This document shows positions 39,882-49,551 of a stretch of 64,000 nucleotides of DNA, in pieces (the first letter of the stretch is position 1; every line of letters starts with the position of its first letter). The stretch lies in the NCBI GenBank assembly GCA_039190745.1, contig JBCCXZ010000002.1:64001-128000 (forward strand). The letters are read 5' to 3'. The notes under the pieces are model-generated. The model had not been told where the DNA came from and made no database searches. It was given only the letters and a program-made list of their open reading frames with translations. This DNA comes from Planctomycetota bacterium (GTDB lineage Bacteria > Planctomycetota > Planctomycetia > Pirellulales > Lacipirellulaceae). The translations under genes and the position numbers were made by a program.

Positions 39882-40724
39882 ATGGACAAGAAAGTCGAAG
39901 CCAACCGCCGAGCCATCCTCGACTCGCACACGTACCAGCTCGCCGAGCTGGACATCGACTTCCTGGGACGCGGCGAGCAACGCCCCGTGCGGATGCAGCT
40001 CGAACTGCAGAAGGTCGAGACCCTGTTGCGAGAGAACCAGATCGATTCAACCGTCGTCGTGTTTGGCGGGACGCAGATCGTGCCAGAGGAAGAAGCCAAG
40101 GCGCGGCTCGCGATGGCGAAACGGCGCCTCGGCAAGGGCTTCAAAGACGATCCGCGCGAAGAACGCAACGTCCAGCGGGCCGAGAGCGTGCTCGCCAAGT
40201 CGCGGTTCTACGAGGAGGCCCGCGAGTTCGGTCGCCTCGTTTCTTCCGCTTGCCAGTTGAACGGGAAGTGCGAGTACGTGATCGCCACCGGCGGCGGCCC
40301 CGGGGTGATGGAGGCTGCCAACCGCGGCGCGTTCGAGATCGGCGCCAAGAGTATCGGCTTCAACATCGAGCTGCCCCACGAGCAAGAGCCCAACCCGTAC
40401 ATCACGCCGGAGCTGTGCTTCCAGTTCAGCTACTTCGCGTTGCGGAAGTTCCACTTCGTGCTGCGTGCGGCGGCGTTGGTGGTCTTCCCCGGCGGCTTCG
40501 GCACCCTCGATGAGCTCTTCAACACACTCACTCTGCGGCAAACGGGACGCATGCAGTCGATACCGATCATCCTGTACGGCGAAGAGTACTGGAAGAGTGT
40601 CGTGAACTTTCAGCAACTGGCCGACGAGGGCGTGATCGCCGACGACCACCTCGACCTCATTAGTTTCGCCGAAACGCCCGATGAGGCGTGGAACATCATC
40701 TGCGATTTCCATCACATCTGCTGA
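39882..40724 (+). CDS. LOG/SLOG family protein (TIGR00730-like)
   Basis: TGGGPGVMEAANRGA, IELPHEQEPNPY, YFALRK, FPGGFGTLDE. Confidence 0.93.
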   Translation: MDKKVEANRRAILDSHTYQLAELDIDFLGRGEQRPVRMQLELQKVETLLRENQIDSTVVVFGGTQIVPEEEAKARLAMAKRRLGKGFKDDPREERNVQRAESVLAKSRFYEEAREFGRLVSSACQLNGKCEYVIATGGGPGVMEAANRGAFEIGAKSIGFNIELPHEQEPNPYITPELCFQFSYFALRKFHFVLRAAALVVFPGGFGTLDELFNTLTLRQTGRMQSIPIILYGEEYWKSVVNFQQLADEGVIADDHLDLISFAETPDEAWNIICDFHHIC

Positions 40725-40840
40725 TTCGCGATGGCTAGCAGTTGCCGCGCAGGGGCGGGTTGGCGATACTTCTACCACTCCATCCTTTGGAGAGGCCGCT
40801 CGGTCTTTCGGCCCAGCTATATTGCAACGAGGCGTTCCTC

Positions 40841-42028
40841 ATGAGTGTGCGTGACCTGCTGCTTTCTTTCACGACCGTGGCTGCGCTAGTGTTGTTCGCA
40901 AGCACCGCGCCCGCCCAGGAACAGCCGGCCGAGAAGCCTGGCGTGTCGATCCCTGACGGGACCGTGGAAGAGCTGTTCGAGTACGTCGACACCGTTGCCC
41001 GTCGGCAGCCCGAGGGCGACGACGAGCAGGCGATCGTCCGGCACAACCTCGAAACGGCCCGTTCGATCCTGGCGATCTCCGAGGCGGTGCTCGCAAAAGA
41101 GCCGAGCGACCGTGACGCGGCGCAGGCGGTGTCACTGCAGCTGCAAGCGTTGACGGTCCTGCGGCGGCTCGAAGAACCCGGCGCGGACAAGGTGTTCGAC
41201 AAGGCGGTCGACGCAGCGCGACGCGACGACCGTGCAGACGTGCGGGCGTTCGGGCTGAAGTACTTCATCGAGTCGGGCTTCGAGCGGTGGTCGATTACCT
41301 CCGACGATCAGAAACAGGCAGTCGTCGACGCGGTCGCGGGCGAGTTCGAGCAGGATGAGGTCGGCGGGAGCGAGGTGCAACTGCTGATGACCGTCACCGA
41401 CTTCCTCGCCGATGTCGGCGAAGAGCAGCGGGCTAGCGGCCTGTTCGAGCAGGTGATGCCGCGGCTGCGTGAAACGCTCGACGCCGAGATGGTCGGCCGC
41501 ATCGAGGGCGTCGCTCGAAGAATCGGCCTGCTTGGGAACGAGATGGAATTGGAGGGCACGCTGCTGGGCGGGGGCGAACTCGACTGGAAGTCGTACCGTG
41601 GCAAGGTGGTGCTGGTTGACTTCTGGGCGAGCTGGTGCGGCCCCTGCCGGGCCGAGGTGCCCAACGTGCTGAGGATGTACCAGGCCTATCGCGAGAAGGG
41701 CTTCGACGTGGTCGGCATCAACCTCGACGCGACCGAAGAGCAGGCCAACAGCTACATCGTTCAGATGGAGCTGCCGTGGCCGAACCTCTTCAACCAGGAC
41801 GAAGCGGCCCGCGAGTGGGAGCACCCGATGGTGGTGTACTACGGCGTGACCGGCATCCCGCGGGCGATCTTGGTCGACCGCGAAGGGAAAGTCGTCAGCA
41901 TGAACGCCCGCGGCCCCGAACTGGAACGGTTGCTACGCGAGCAGCTCGGCGCGCCGGTCGCCTCCGCCGAAACCCCGGACGGAGCAACGACGGGAGGGGT
42001 ATCGCCGGCGGGATTCAGCCAGCCGTAG
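40841..42028 (+). CDS. TlpA/ResA-like thiol-disulfide oxidoreductase, exported
   Basis: Signal peptide, helical N-domain, GKVVLVDFWASWCGPC, GIP..ILVDREGKV. Confidence 0.92.
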   Translation: MSVRDLLLSFTTVAALVLFASTAPAQEQPAEKPGVSIPDGTVEELFEYVDTVARRQPEGDDEQAIVRHNLETARSILAISEAVLAKEPSDRDAAQAVSLQLQALTVLRRLEEPGADKVFDKAVDAARRDDRADVRAFGLKYFIESGFERWSITSDDQKQAVVDAVAGEFEQDEVGGSEVQLLMTVTDFLADVGEEQRASGLFEQVMPRLRETLDAEMVGRIEGVARRIGLLGNEMELEGTLLGGGELDWKSYRGKVVLVDFWASWCGPCRAEVPNVLRMYQAYREKGFDVVGINLDATEEQANSYIVQMELPWPNLFNQDEAAREWEHPMVVYYGVTGIPRAILVDREGKVVSMNARGPELERLLREQLGAPVASAETPDGATTGGVSPAGFSQP

Positions 42029-42238
42029 GCCTCCCTGTTCGCAACCAACGATCTTACGTCTCTTTGTTGGCGTTGCGTACCGCATGCGCCAATCTCCTCA
42101 GTCCTCCCCGTGTTTCAGGTGCACCTTCTCCTGTTTCGCTTCGGGCCTGCTAGAATACCGGCCTGCCAAAAAACCGGGCCTATTGTGCCCAGGGCGATTG
42201 GGACAGAGGCGTTCCTAGGAATCTAAAGGGGCAGAGCC

Positions 42239-43561
42239 ATGTTTCGTGCAGGCATTGTTTTGCGATCGTGCCTAGTGTCGGCGGTGTTTGCAGCGGCCGT
42301 CCGGGCCGATGACGGCTTGTTGGCACCGGTTCGACTGGAACACACGCGAGGAGTGATCGACTGCGGCGAGGCGTGGGGTCACGCGAGCCCCGCGGTTCAC
42401 GACGTGGATGGCGACGGACTGGAAGACCTGATCGTCGGCGACTTCAGCGGCACGTTCTCGGTGTACCGGAACGTCGGCTCGACAGGCACACCGGCGTACG
42501 AGTTGGACGGCAAGCTCAAGGCCGGCGGCGAAGAAGCCAAGGTGTGGATCTACTGCTGCATCGGCTCGCAGTCCCGTTTCGGCGACCTCGACGGCGACGG
42601 GCTTGTGGACATGATCTCCAACTCTTACGACCCGGGGCACTGCTATCTTTTCCGCGGCGTGGAGGGCAACGGCTTTGCCGCGCGGGAAGAACTGCTCGAC
42701 AAGTCGGGCACGCCGGTGCGGAGTGCACCGACCCAGCAGCAGGACTACCAGTCGTTTGGCAGCTTCTTTGAGCTGGTCGACTGGGACGCCGATGGCGACC
42801 TCGACGTGCTGATCGGCTGCTTCGACGGCAAGATGATGCTGCGCATGAACGAAGGCACGCCCGAAGCGTATGCGTTCGCGGCGGAGAACGTGCCCGTCGA
42901 GGCGGCGGGCGAGCCAATGGAAGTGGCCAAGCACCTATGCCCGGTCGTGGCCGACTGGGACGGCAACGGTTTGTGGGACATTATCGCGGGCGCTGAGGAC
43001 GGCAGCGTGACTTGGTTCCGTAACGTCGGCGCGGCAGGCGATCCGGAGTTCGCGGCGGGGGAAACCCTAGTCGAAACAAGCGTCGATTACACCTCCTACC
43101 GAGTCCGGTGGGCAGACGAAGACCCGAAGCCGGGAGTCAGGACGCAGGTCGAAGTCACCGACTACAACGGCGACGGCAAGTCCGACTTGCTGGTCGGCGA
43201 TTTCTACACGGCCTACGATTTTAAGAAAGGCCTGACCGACGAGCAGCGACAGACCATCTTGGAACTGATCGCCGAACATGAAAACGCCAAGCAAGCTTTC
43301 TCAGACAAGTTCCTGGCCATGCGAGAAGAGTTCACTGGACGCTACCCAGGCGAGGAAGCCTTCAGCGGCGAGGCAGAGAAGGCGTGGTCTGACATGTATC
43401 AGGAGTTGCGCGAGAGCCCAGAAGCGAAGGAGAAAGAAATCGCCGGGGAAGTATTTGCTGAGGCGCTGTTGCCCTATTTGGCCTCCACTCGCAACGAGAG
43501 TACCGACGTGTACAACTTAGCGAAGTCTCACGGCCACGTTTGGTTGTACCTCCGCAAGTGA
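42239..43561 (+). CDS. Secreted FG-GAP/VCBS repeat protein
   Basis: Five DxDGDG..D-type repeats (DVDGDGLEDL, DLDGDGLVDM, DWDADGDLDV, DWDGNGLWDI, DYNGDGKSDL); signal peptide. Confidence 0.88.
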   Translation: MFRAGIVLRSCLVSAVFAAAVRADDGLLAPVRLEHTRGVIDCGEAWGHASPAVHDVDGDGLEDLIVGDFSGTFSVYRNVGSTGTPAYELDGKLKAGGEEAKVWIYCCIGSQSRFGDLDGDGLVDMISNSYDPGHCYLFRGVEGNGFAAREELLDKSGTPVRSAPTQQQDYQSFGSFFELVDWDADGDLDVLIGCFDGKMMLRMNEGTPEAYAFAAENVPVEAAGEPMEVAKHLCPVVADWDGNGLWDIIAGAEDGSVTWFRNVGAAGDPEFAAGETLVETSVDYTSYRVRWADEDPKPGVRTQVEVTDYNGDGKSDLLVGDFYTAYDFKKGLTDEQRQTILELIAEHENAKQAFSDKFLAMREEFTGRYPGEEAFSGEAEKAWSDMYQELRESPEAKEKEIAGEVFAEALLPYLASTRNESTDVYNLAKSHGHVWLYLRK

Positions 43562-43573
43562 TCCGGGGCGCAC

Positions 43574-44158
43574 ATGTCAGATCGGTTACTTCTCGTGCGA
43601 CTTGCCAAAGCGATGTTCGCAAGCCTGTTGTTGAGCACAGCATTGACGGGCTGTGGCGATGCGCCGGAGCCAGCCGTGCCGCGGCCCTCTGTGTCTTTTG
43701 CCCCAGTCGAGGTCGACACTTCCCCGCAGCCGGTGCTGCTGAGCTACAAGCCGCGGACAGACGACGACCCGGTGATCGCCGCGCTGCGCGTGGAGGACCG
43801 GGTCCGCCCGGGGCGGGAGTTCGAGGTGTCGGTCGTACTGGACGTTGCGCCCGGTTATGAAGTGCGTAAGCTTGGGGCCGCGCCGCCGGCGTCGCCGACG
43901 GAACTGACGCTCGACCTCCCGGAAGGCTTTGAATTGGTCGGCGAGTGGGAATCGCCTCAGACCGAGCGCTCGATGGGACTCGACGACCACCCGGTTCACA
44001 CGGGCGAAGCAGAATTCACCGTCGACGTGCGGGTCGCGGACGACGTGTTGCTGGTCGACCACGAGCTCTTCTGCAAGGTCGGCTACCAGGCGTGCACCGC
44101 GGAGCAGTGCCTGCGGCCGGTGGAGCACAAGCTGCGTTTGCGAGTGGGGGTGCGGTAG
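43574..44158 (+). CDS. Lipoprotein with DsbD N-terminal-like domain
   Basis: Lipobox LTGC; C-terminal YQACTAEQCLRP matches the DsbD-alpha Cx4C motif. Confidence 0.78.
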   Translation: MSDRLLLVRLAKAMFASLLLSTALTGCGDAPEPAVPRPSVSFAPVEVDTSPQPVLLSYKPRTDDDPVIAALRVEDRVRPGREFEVSVVLDVAPGYEVRKLGAAPPASPTELTLDLPEGFELVGEWESPQTERSMGLDDHPVHTGEAEFTVDVRVADDVLLVDHELFCKVGYQACTAEQCLRPVEHKLRLRVGVR

Positions 44159-44201
44159 CAACGCTCCACGCCCTGATCATTCGTGTACACTGCTACTCGG
44201 C

Positions 44202-45680
44202 ATGAAGGACTCTCCTAAGTTTTTTCCACCGCCGATCCCCGCCCCCTTCGGCGAACCCTGGTCGGCGAAGAAGCTGCTGCGGATGCTCGCGGTGTTCGGG
44301 CCGGCGGCGGTGGTTGCTTCGGTGGCCATCGGGGCGGGCGAGACGATTGTCGTCGTCAGGGCCGGGGCGTTTACCGGCTACGGCCTCTTGTGGCTGATCC
44401 TCTTAAGCGTCCTCGCCAAGGGCGTGTTCGGCACCTACCTGCTCGGGCGGTACACGGCGGTCAGTGGCGAGCCGCTGGGGCAACGGGTCGTGCGGCTGCC
44501 CGGGCCGCGGGGGTGGCTGCTGGTGCTGATGGTGGGGCTGGAGCTGGCCGCCGCCGCGCCGCTGTGGGCCGCGCTCTGCCGGCCGAGCGGCGAGCTGCTC
44601 GGTTACCTGATGCTGGAAGACCCCTCGGCGTCGCCCGGCGCGACGAAGCTGCTAGCGACTGGTTTCCTAGTGCTCGCGTTGTCCCTCAGCTTAAAGTCGA
44701 ACTACCGGCTGCTGGAACTGCAACAACTCGTCATCTGCGGCGTGCTTGTGCTGGGCACGATCGTCGGGACGCTGCTGGTGAAGCCCGACTGGGGGGCTGC
44801 GTTCGCGGGGCTATTGTCGTTTGGCAACTTCCCCGAGGTCATCCCGTCGGCGCCCGAAGACTTCCGCCGCAACACGGCCGCGATCCTGGCGGTAACGTTC
44901 GGCTACGTCGGCGGCAGTGTGATGACCTACCTGGTGTACCCGGAGTGGGTCGCGCTGCACGGTTGGGGCATGACCGGGCACCCGCAGATCGAGCAGCTCC
45001 GGCAGCGGGCGGCGGAAGGCACGCCCGGCGACTACCTGCCCGACGCGCCCGATGACGTTGCCGTGGTCAGGCGGTCTGTTGCACCCTTGCGATGGGACGT
45101 GGCGTGCGGAGCCGCGGTGCTGCTGGTGGTGACGGCGTCGTTCCTGATCGCCGGGGCGGCGGTGCTGCACCCCCGGCTGGCCTCGGGAGAGCTCACCGGC
45201 GCGTTCGCGGGCTGGAGCCTGCTGACCGACCAGGCAAGCATCTGGCGGAACATCCACCCCTCGCTCGCTTGGGTGTACTACGTCTGCGTGCTGTTCGCTC
45301 TCTGGGGCACGCTGCAGGCGTACCCAGAAATCTACGCCCGCGGCGTGGTCGACTACGCCCGTGCGATCTGGCCCGGTTGCGTGTGGAGCCAGAGCGCGGT
45401 GCAGCGTTGGTGTTGCCTGTACGTCTTCGGGGGGGCCACGGTCGTGCTGTGGAGCGGCGCCGACTTCAACCTGCTGACGCTGGTGGTGGCGTTCCTGGCA
45501 ACCAACCTTGGCGTGGCGATCGCGATCGTCACCGGGTTGTGGCTCAACTTCCAGTTGCCCGCGGCGTACCGGACGAGCGGCTGGGTGCTCGCCGGCGGAG
45601 TGTGCTCGGCGGCCGCGATGTGGTTCGTTTCGGCGGTCTCCGGGTGGGGGGTGTTCGCGCGCCTAACCGAGGCAATGTGA
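44202..45680 (+). CDS. Nramp-related (APC-fold) transporter
   Basis: GPAAVVASVAIGAGE, G...GYGLLW, GRYTAVSGE; about 11 hydrophobic segments. Confidence 0.8.
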   Translation: MKDSPKFFPPPIPAPFGEPWSAKKLLRMLAVFGPAAVVASVAIGAGETIVVVRAGAFTGYGLLWLILLSVLAKGVFGTYLLGRYTAVSGEPLGQRVVRLPGPRGWLLVLMVGLELAAAAPLWAALCRPSGELLGYLMLEDPSASPGATKLLATGFLVLALSLSLKSNYRLLELQQLVICGVLVLGTIVGTLLVKPDWGAAFAGLLSFGNFPEVIPSAPEDFRRNTAAILAVTFGYVGGSVMTYLVYPEWVALHGWGMTGHPQIEQLRQRAAEGTPGDYLPDAPDDVAVVRRSVAPLRWDVACGAAVLLVVTASFLIAGAAVLHPRLASGELTGAFAGWSLLTDQASIWRNIHPSLAWVYYVCVLFALWGTLQAYPEIYARGVVDYARAIWPGCVWSQSAVQRWCCLYVFGGATVVLWSGADFNLLTLVVAFLATNLGVAIAIVTGLWLNFQLPAAYRTSGWVLAGGVCSAAAMWFVSAVSGWGVFARLTEAM

Positions 45681-45695
45681 ACCGAGGCAATGTGA
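45665..45695 (+). repeat. 15-bp tandem duplication spanning a stop codon
   Basis: AACCGAGGCAATGTG x2. Confidence 0.8.
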
Positions 45696-45819
45696 TGAGC
45701 CAACGGGCCCGCTCGCGTCGGTTCAACAAAGCGGCAAATGCGTTAGAATGCCGCCTCGCTTCTCTCGCCGCTTCGTCACTACCCACGATTGGTTCACGAA
45801 GGAATCGCACCCCCTAATC

Positions 45820-46983
45820 ATGTCACAGAATACGATCAACGTAGGCCTCATCGGCTACAAATTCATGGGCAAGGCCCATTCGGGCGCCTACCTGAAGGTC
45901 GCCAAGTTCTTCGAGCCCAAGCTGCGGCCGGTGATGAAAGCCGTTTGCGGGCGTAGCGAGAAAGACGTCGCGGAGTTCGCCGAACGTTTCGACTGGGAGG
46001 GCTACGAAACCGACTGGCGGAAGCTGGTCGACCGGGACGACATCGAACTGATCGATATCGGCACACCGGGGAGCACACACCGCGACATCGCGGTGGCCGC
46101 CGCCGAGGCGGGGAAGCACGTCTTCTGCGAGAAACCGCTGGCGTTCACTCTCGACGAATCGCGCGACATGCTCGCCGCGGCGGAGAAAGCCGGCGTGAAG
46201 CACATGGTGAACTTCAACTACCGGCGGTGCCCGGCGGTGTCGCTGGCGAAGCGGATGATCGAGAACGACGACATCGGCGAGGTGCGTCACGCCCGGTTCA
46301 CCTACCTGCAAGACTGGCTGGTCGACCCGCAGTTCCCCATGAACTGGCGGATGCGGAAAGAAGCAGCGGGCTCCGGAGCGCACGGCGACCTGGGGTCGCA
46401 CTCGATCGACATGGCCCGCTACCTCGTGGGTGAGCTCACCGACGTGGTGGGGCAGAAGAAGACCTTCATCACCGAGCGGCCCGCCGAGGGCGAGTCCTCC
46501 GGACTGACCGCGACCGCCGGCGAGGGCACCGAGAAAGTCACCGTCGACGACTGCAGCATGTGGCTGGCGAAGTTCGAGAGCGGCGCGCTCGGCACGTTCG
46601 AAGCGACCCGGCTGGCGCCCGGTCGGAAGAACTTCAACCGTTTCGAGATCAACGGCAGCAAGGGCTCGCTGGTGTGGTGTTTCGAGCAGCTCAACTGGCT
46701 GCAGTTCTACTCGACCGAAGACGCCTCGGCGGGGCAGGGCTTCCGGCAGATCCTGGCGACCGAGGCCGACCACCCCTACGCGGGCAACTGGTGGCCGCCG
46801 GGGCACATGCTGGGTTACGAGCACGGCTTTGTGCACGCGGTGTACGACCTGCTGGAAGACATCGCCCACGACCGGCACTGCCAGCCCGACTTCCGCGACG
46901 GAGCCCAATGCGTTTCGGTGCTCGAAGCAGTGGAAAAGTCGATCGACGCGGGCGCCTGGGCTGCTGTCGAGCGGGTGCCTTGA
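45820..46983 (+). CDS. Gfo/Idh/MocA family oxidoreductase
   Basis: GLIGYKFMGKAH, CEKP, FNYR, YLQDWL, GDLGSHSID, WWPPGH. Confidence 0.93.
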   Translation: MSQNTINVGLIGYKFMGKAHSGAYLKVAKFFEPKLRPVMKAVCGRSEKDVAEFAERFDWEGYETDWRKLVDRDDIELIDIGTPGSTHRDIAVAAAEAGKHVFCEKPLAFTLDESRDMLAAAEKAGVKHMVNFNYRRCPAVSLAKRMIENDDIGEVRHARFTYLQDWLVDPQFPMNWRMRKEAAGSGAHGDLGSHSIDMARYLVGELTDVVGQKKTFITERPAEGESSGLTATAGEGTEKVTVDDCSMWLAKFESGALGTFEATRLAPGRKNFNRFEINGSKGSLVWCFEQLNWLQFYSTEDASAGQGFRQILATEADHPYAGNWWPPGHMLGYEHGFVHAVYDLLEDIAHDRHCQPDFRDGAQCVSVLEAVEKSIDAGAWAAVERVP

Positions 46984-47053
46984 CGGCTGCTTTCCCTTCC
47001 GACTGAGTACACGCCGGTCCAATCACAAACCCAACAAGCTGAGAATGAAGGCT

Positions 47054-48202
47054 ATGAAGCAAATCAACGCGGGGATCATCGGTACTGGGTTCATCGGGCC
47101 GGCGCACATCGAGGCGCTGCGGCGGCTGGGGTACGTCAACGTCATCGCCGTCTCGGAGCGCGACCAGGCGCTCGCCGACGCCAAGGCCGCGGAGCTCTCG
47201 ATCCCCAAGGCCTACGGCGATTATCACGACTTGCTCGCCGACCCCGACGTGCACGTGGTGCACAACTGCACGCCCAACCACCTGCACTTCGAGGTGAACC
47301 GCGACATCATGGCCGCGGGCAAGCACGTGGTGAGCGAGAAGCCGCTGGCGATGAACTCCACCGAGTCGCGCGAGCTGGTGAAGCTGGCCGAGCAATCGGG
47401 CGTCGTGCACGCGATCGACTTCAACTACCGCTACATGCCGATGGTGCAGCAGGCCCGCCTGATGTGCCAGGGCGACGACACCGGCCGCGTGTTCGCCGTG
47501 CACGGCTCGTACCTGCAGGACTGGCTGCTGGAAGAGACCGACTGGAACTGGCGGCTCGTCCCGGAGATGAGCGGCGACTCGCGCGCCGTGGCCGACATCG
47601 GCAGCCACTGGTGCGATCTCGTGCAGTTCGTCACCGGCATGAAAATCACCCGCGTGATGGCCGACCTCGTGACGATCCACCCGACGCGCAAGCGGCCCAA
47701 GGTCGAGGTGGAGACCTACGCCGGCAAGGTGCTCAAACCGGAAGACCTCGAGGACGTGCCAATCAACACCGAAGACTACGGCTCGATCCTGCTGGAGTTC
47801 GACAGCGGCGCCCACGGGGTGTTCACGGTGAACCAGTGCGCTGCGGGGCGGAAAAACCGCCTCTCGTTCGAGATCGACGGCGCCAAGAGCGCGCTCGCCT
47901 GGGACCAAGAGAAGCCGAACGAGCTGTGGGTCGGTCGCCGTGACGGCCCGAACCAGAACCTGCTCAAGGACCCCAGCCTGCTGTACGAGGGGGCCCGCGA
48001 GTACGCCCACTACCCCGGCGGCCACAACGAGGCCTACCCCGACGGCCCGAAAAACCTATTCCGCAACGTCTACGGCTTCATCGCTGGAGAGCGCCCGGGA
48101 GGCGACTTCGCGACGTTCGTCGACGGGCACAACGAGATCGCGATCTGCGACGCAATCCTGGCAAGCAGCAAGGCGAAGGCTTGGACTGAGGTGGAGTACT
48201 AG
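47054..48202 (+). CDS. Gfo/Idh/MocA family oxidoreductase
   Basis: GIIGTGFIG, TPNHLH, SEKP, GSYLQDWLL, DIGSHWCD. Confidence 0.93.
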   Translation: MKQINAGIIGTGFIGPAHIEALRRLGYVNVIAVSERDQALADAKAAELSIPKAYGDYHDLLADPDVHVVHNCTPNHLHFEVNRDIMAAGKHVVSEKPLAMNSTESRELVKLAEQSGVVHAIDFNYRYMPMVQQARLMCQGDDTGRVFAVHGSYLQDWLLEETDWNWRLVPEMSGDSRAVADIGSHWCDLVQFVTGMKITRVMADLVTIHPTRKRPKVEVETYAGKVLKPEDLEDVPINTEDYGSILLEFDSGAHGVFTVNQCAAGRKNRLSFEIDGAKSALAWDQEKPNELWVGRRDGPNQNLLKDPSLLYEGAREYAHYPGGHNEAYPDGPKNLFRNVYGFIAGERPGGDFATFVDGHNEIAICDAILASSKAKAWTEVEY

Positions 48203-48239
48203 CGTGCAGTGATTAGTTTCGGTCTAGGCTGAACCTGTC

Positions 48240-49523
48240 CTATTCTCGCCACTCCTTTGTGGCCAGGATGTTGGTCCCGACCATGGTTGCGAACGGGCTG
48301 AGCCCGAAGACGACGAAGGCCACGTTGAACAGGCCATTCCTGAACCCGTCGGGCAGTGATTCGTAGAAGCCCGTGGCGAACGTCTCGATCAGCAATGGAA
48401 CGCCGCACAGGGCTACCACCGCGGCGGATACCCTGAGTATCTTCCGCGGCTTCGGGTGGCTGAAACTGAAACTGAACGCGAGCGGCAAGCCGGGAATTCC
48501 AACGAAAGCGGCGAGCACACCGAACGGTTCGCCGCCTCCCGCGAATGAAACGAGGGCCAACAGGGCCGTTGTCGCGAACAGCCCGCCGACGGTGAGTGCG
48601 GCCCGGCGTTCGTCCTTGGAGAGGGCCAGCCTTCCGAACGGGTGCAGAAGCAGCGCAGCATCGGATAGGGGCTTAGCGAACCACGTTACTACGCAGAACG
48701 TGAGGTAGGCAGCCAGCAGAGGCGCCGCGAGCGGCTCCAGCGCCGGGTTGTTCCGGGTGACCGACTGCAACACGCGGTGGAGGATGTAGAAGCCGATGAT
48801 TATCTTCCACTGAGCGCCCGCGGTCTTCTTCGACATCCACAGGAAGTAGTTCAAAACCCACCGGTACGGCGGGACGCGAGCCTTGAGGGTCTCGAGCGCG
48901 CCGACCCGGGCCCACTCTAGGTCGGGGTCCAAACGCAACGCCTCCCGGAAGTGCTTCTCGGCCTTGGCCAGTTCACCCTTTTCAAGGCACTGCCAGCCCA
49001 CGTTGGCGTGCGAGTACGGGTCTTCCGGGTTGACGCGCAGGGCGTGTTCCAGGTCATCGGCGGCATCCACCCCTATGCCCCGTTGTGCCTGGGCCTTGAG
49101 GTTGATGGCTGTCGTGTTCTGAGGGTCCAGCTCGAGCGCAGTTTCGCAGTCGTTCAAGACCGCCCCCCACTGCTTGCGGGTGGCCCGAATCGCCGCCCGG
49201 AGCGCGTAGTATCTCGATTGCTCGGGATCGAGACCGACGGCCGCGTCTATTGTCTTTTCGGCAACGTCGAGGTCGTTGCGGCGGAAGTGGATCTGGGCTA
49301 GCAGGTAGCGGATGTCCGAATCGTCGGGCGCAAGCGATACCGCCTGGTTACCCAGTTCGACGGCCTCGTCAAATTTCTTTGCCGCGGCCCGGCAGGCACC
49401 CATCAGCCCATAGGCCCAAGCGTCCTCGGGGTCCTGTGAAAGAGCAAAACCGAGTTCTTTCTCTGCCTGTTCGTAACGCGACTGCTGGTAGAGCAGCAGG
49501 CCGCGTTGGGTGTGCGGGTTCAT
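48240..49523 (-). CDS. TPR-repeat protein with C-terminal multi-pass membrane domain
   Basis: About 6 TPR units (ALSQDPED, AVSLAPDD, ALELDPQN, ALRVNPED, ALRLDPD), then about 6 hydrophobic helices. Confidence 0.85.
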   Translation of the reverse strand: MNPHTQRGLLLYQQSRYEQAEKELGFALSQDPEDAWAYGLMGACRAAAKKFDEAVELGNQAVSLAPDDSDIRYLLAQIHFRRNDLDVAEKTIDAAVGLDPEQSRYYALRAAIRATRKQWGAVLNDCETALELDPQNTTAINLKAQAQRGIGVDAADDLEHALRVNPEDPYSHANVGWQCLEKGELAKAEKHFREALRLDPDLEWARVGALETLKARVPPYRWVLNYFLWMSKKTAGAQWKIIIGFYILHRVLQSVTRNNPALEPLAAPLLAAYLTFCVVTWFAKPLSDAALLLHPFGRLALSKDERRAALTVGGLFATTALLALVSFAGGGEPFGVLAAFVGIPGLPLAFSFSFSHPKPRKILRVSAAVVALCGVPLLIETFATGFYESLPDGFRNGLFNVAFVVFGLSPFATMVGTNILATKEWRE

Positions 49524-49551
49524 CCCTAGGGCTTCTCGGCTACGCGTTGTC

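Noticed and set aside
42551..42562. Selenocysteine recoding in the FG-GAP protein
   Set aside because: Both codons are TGC here, and no in-frame TGA was found in the called genes.
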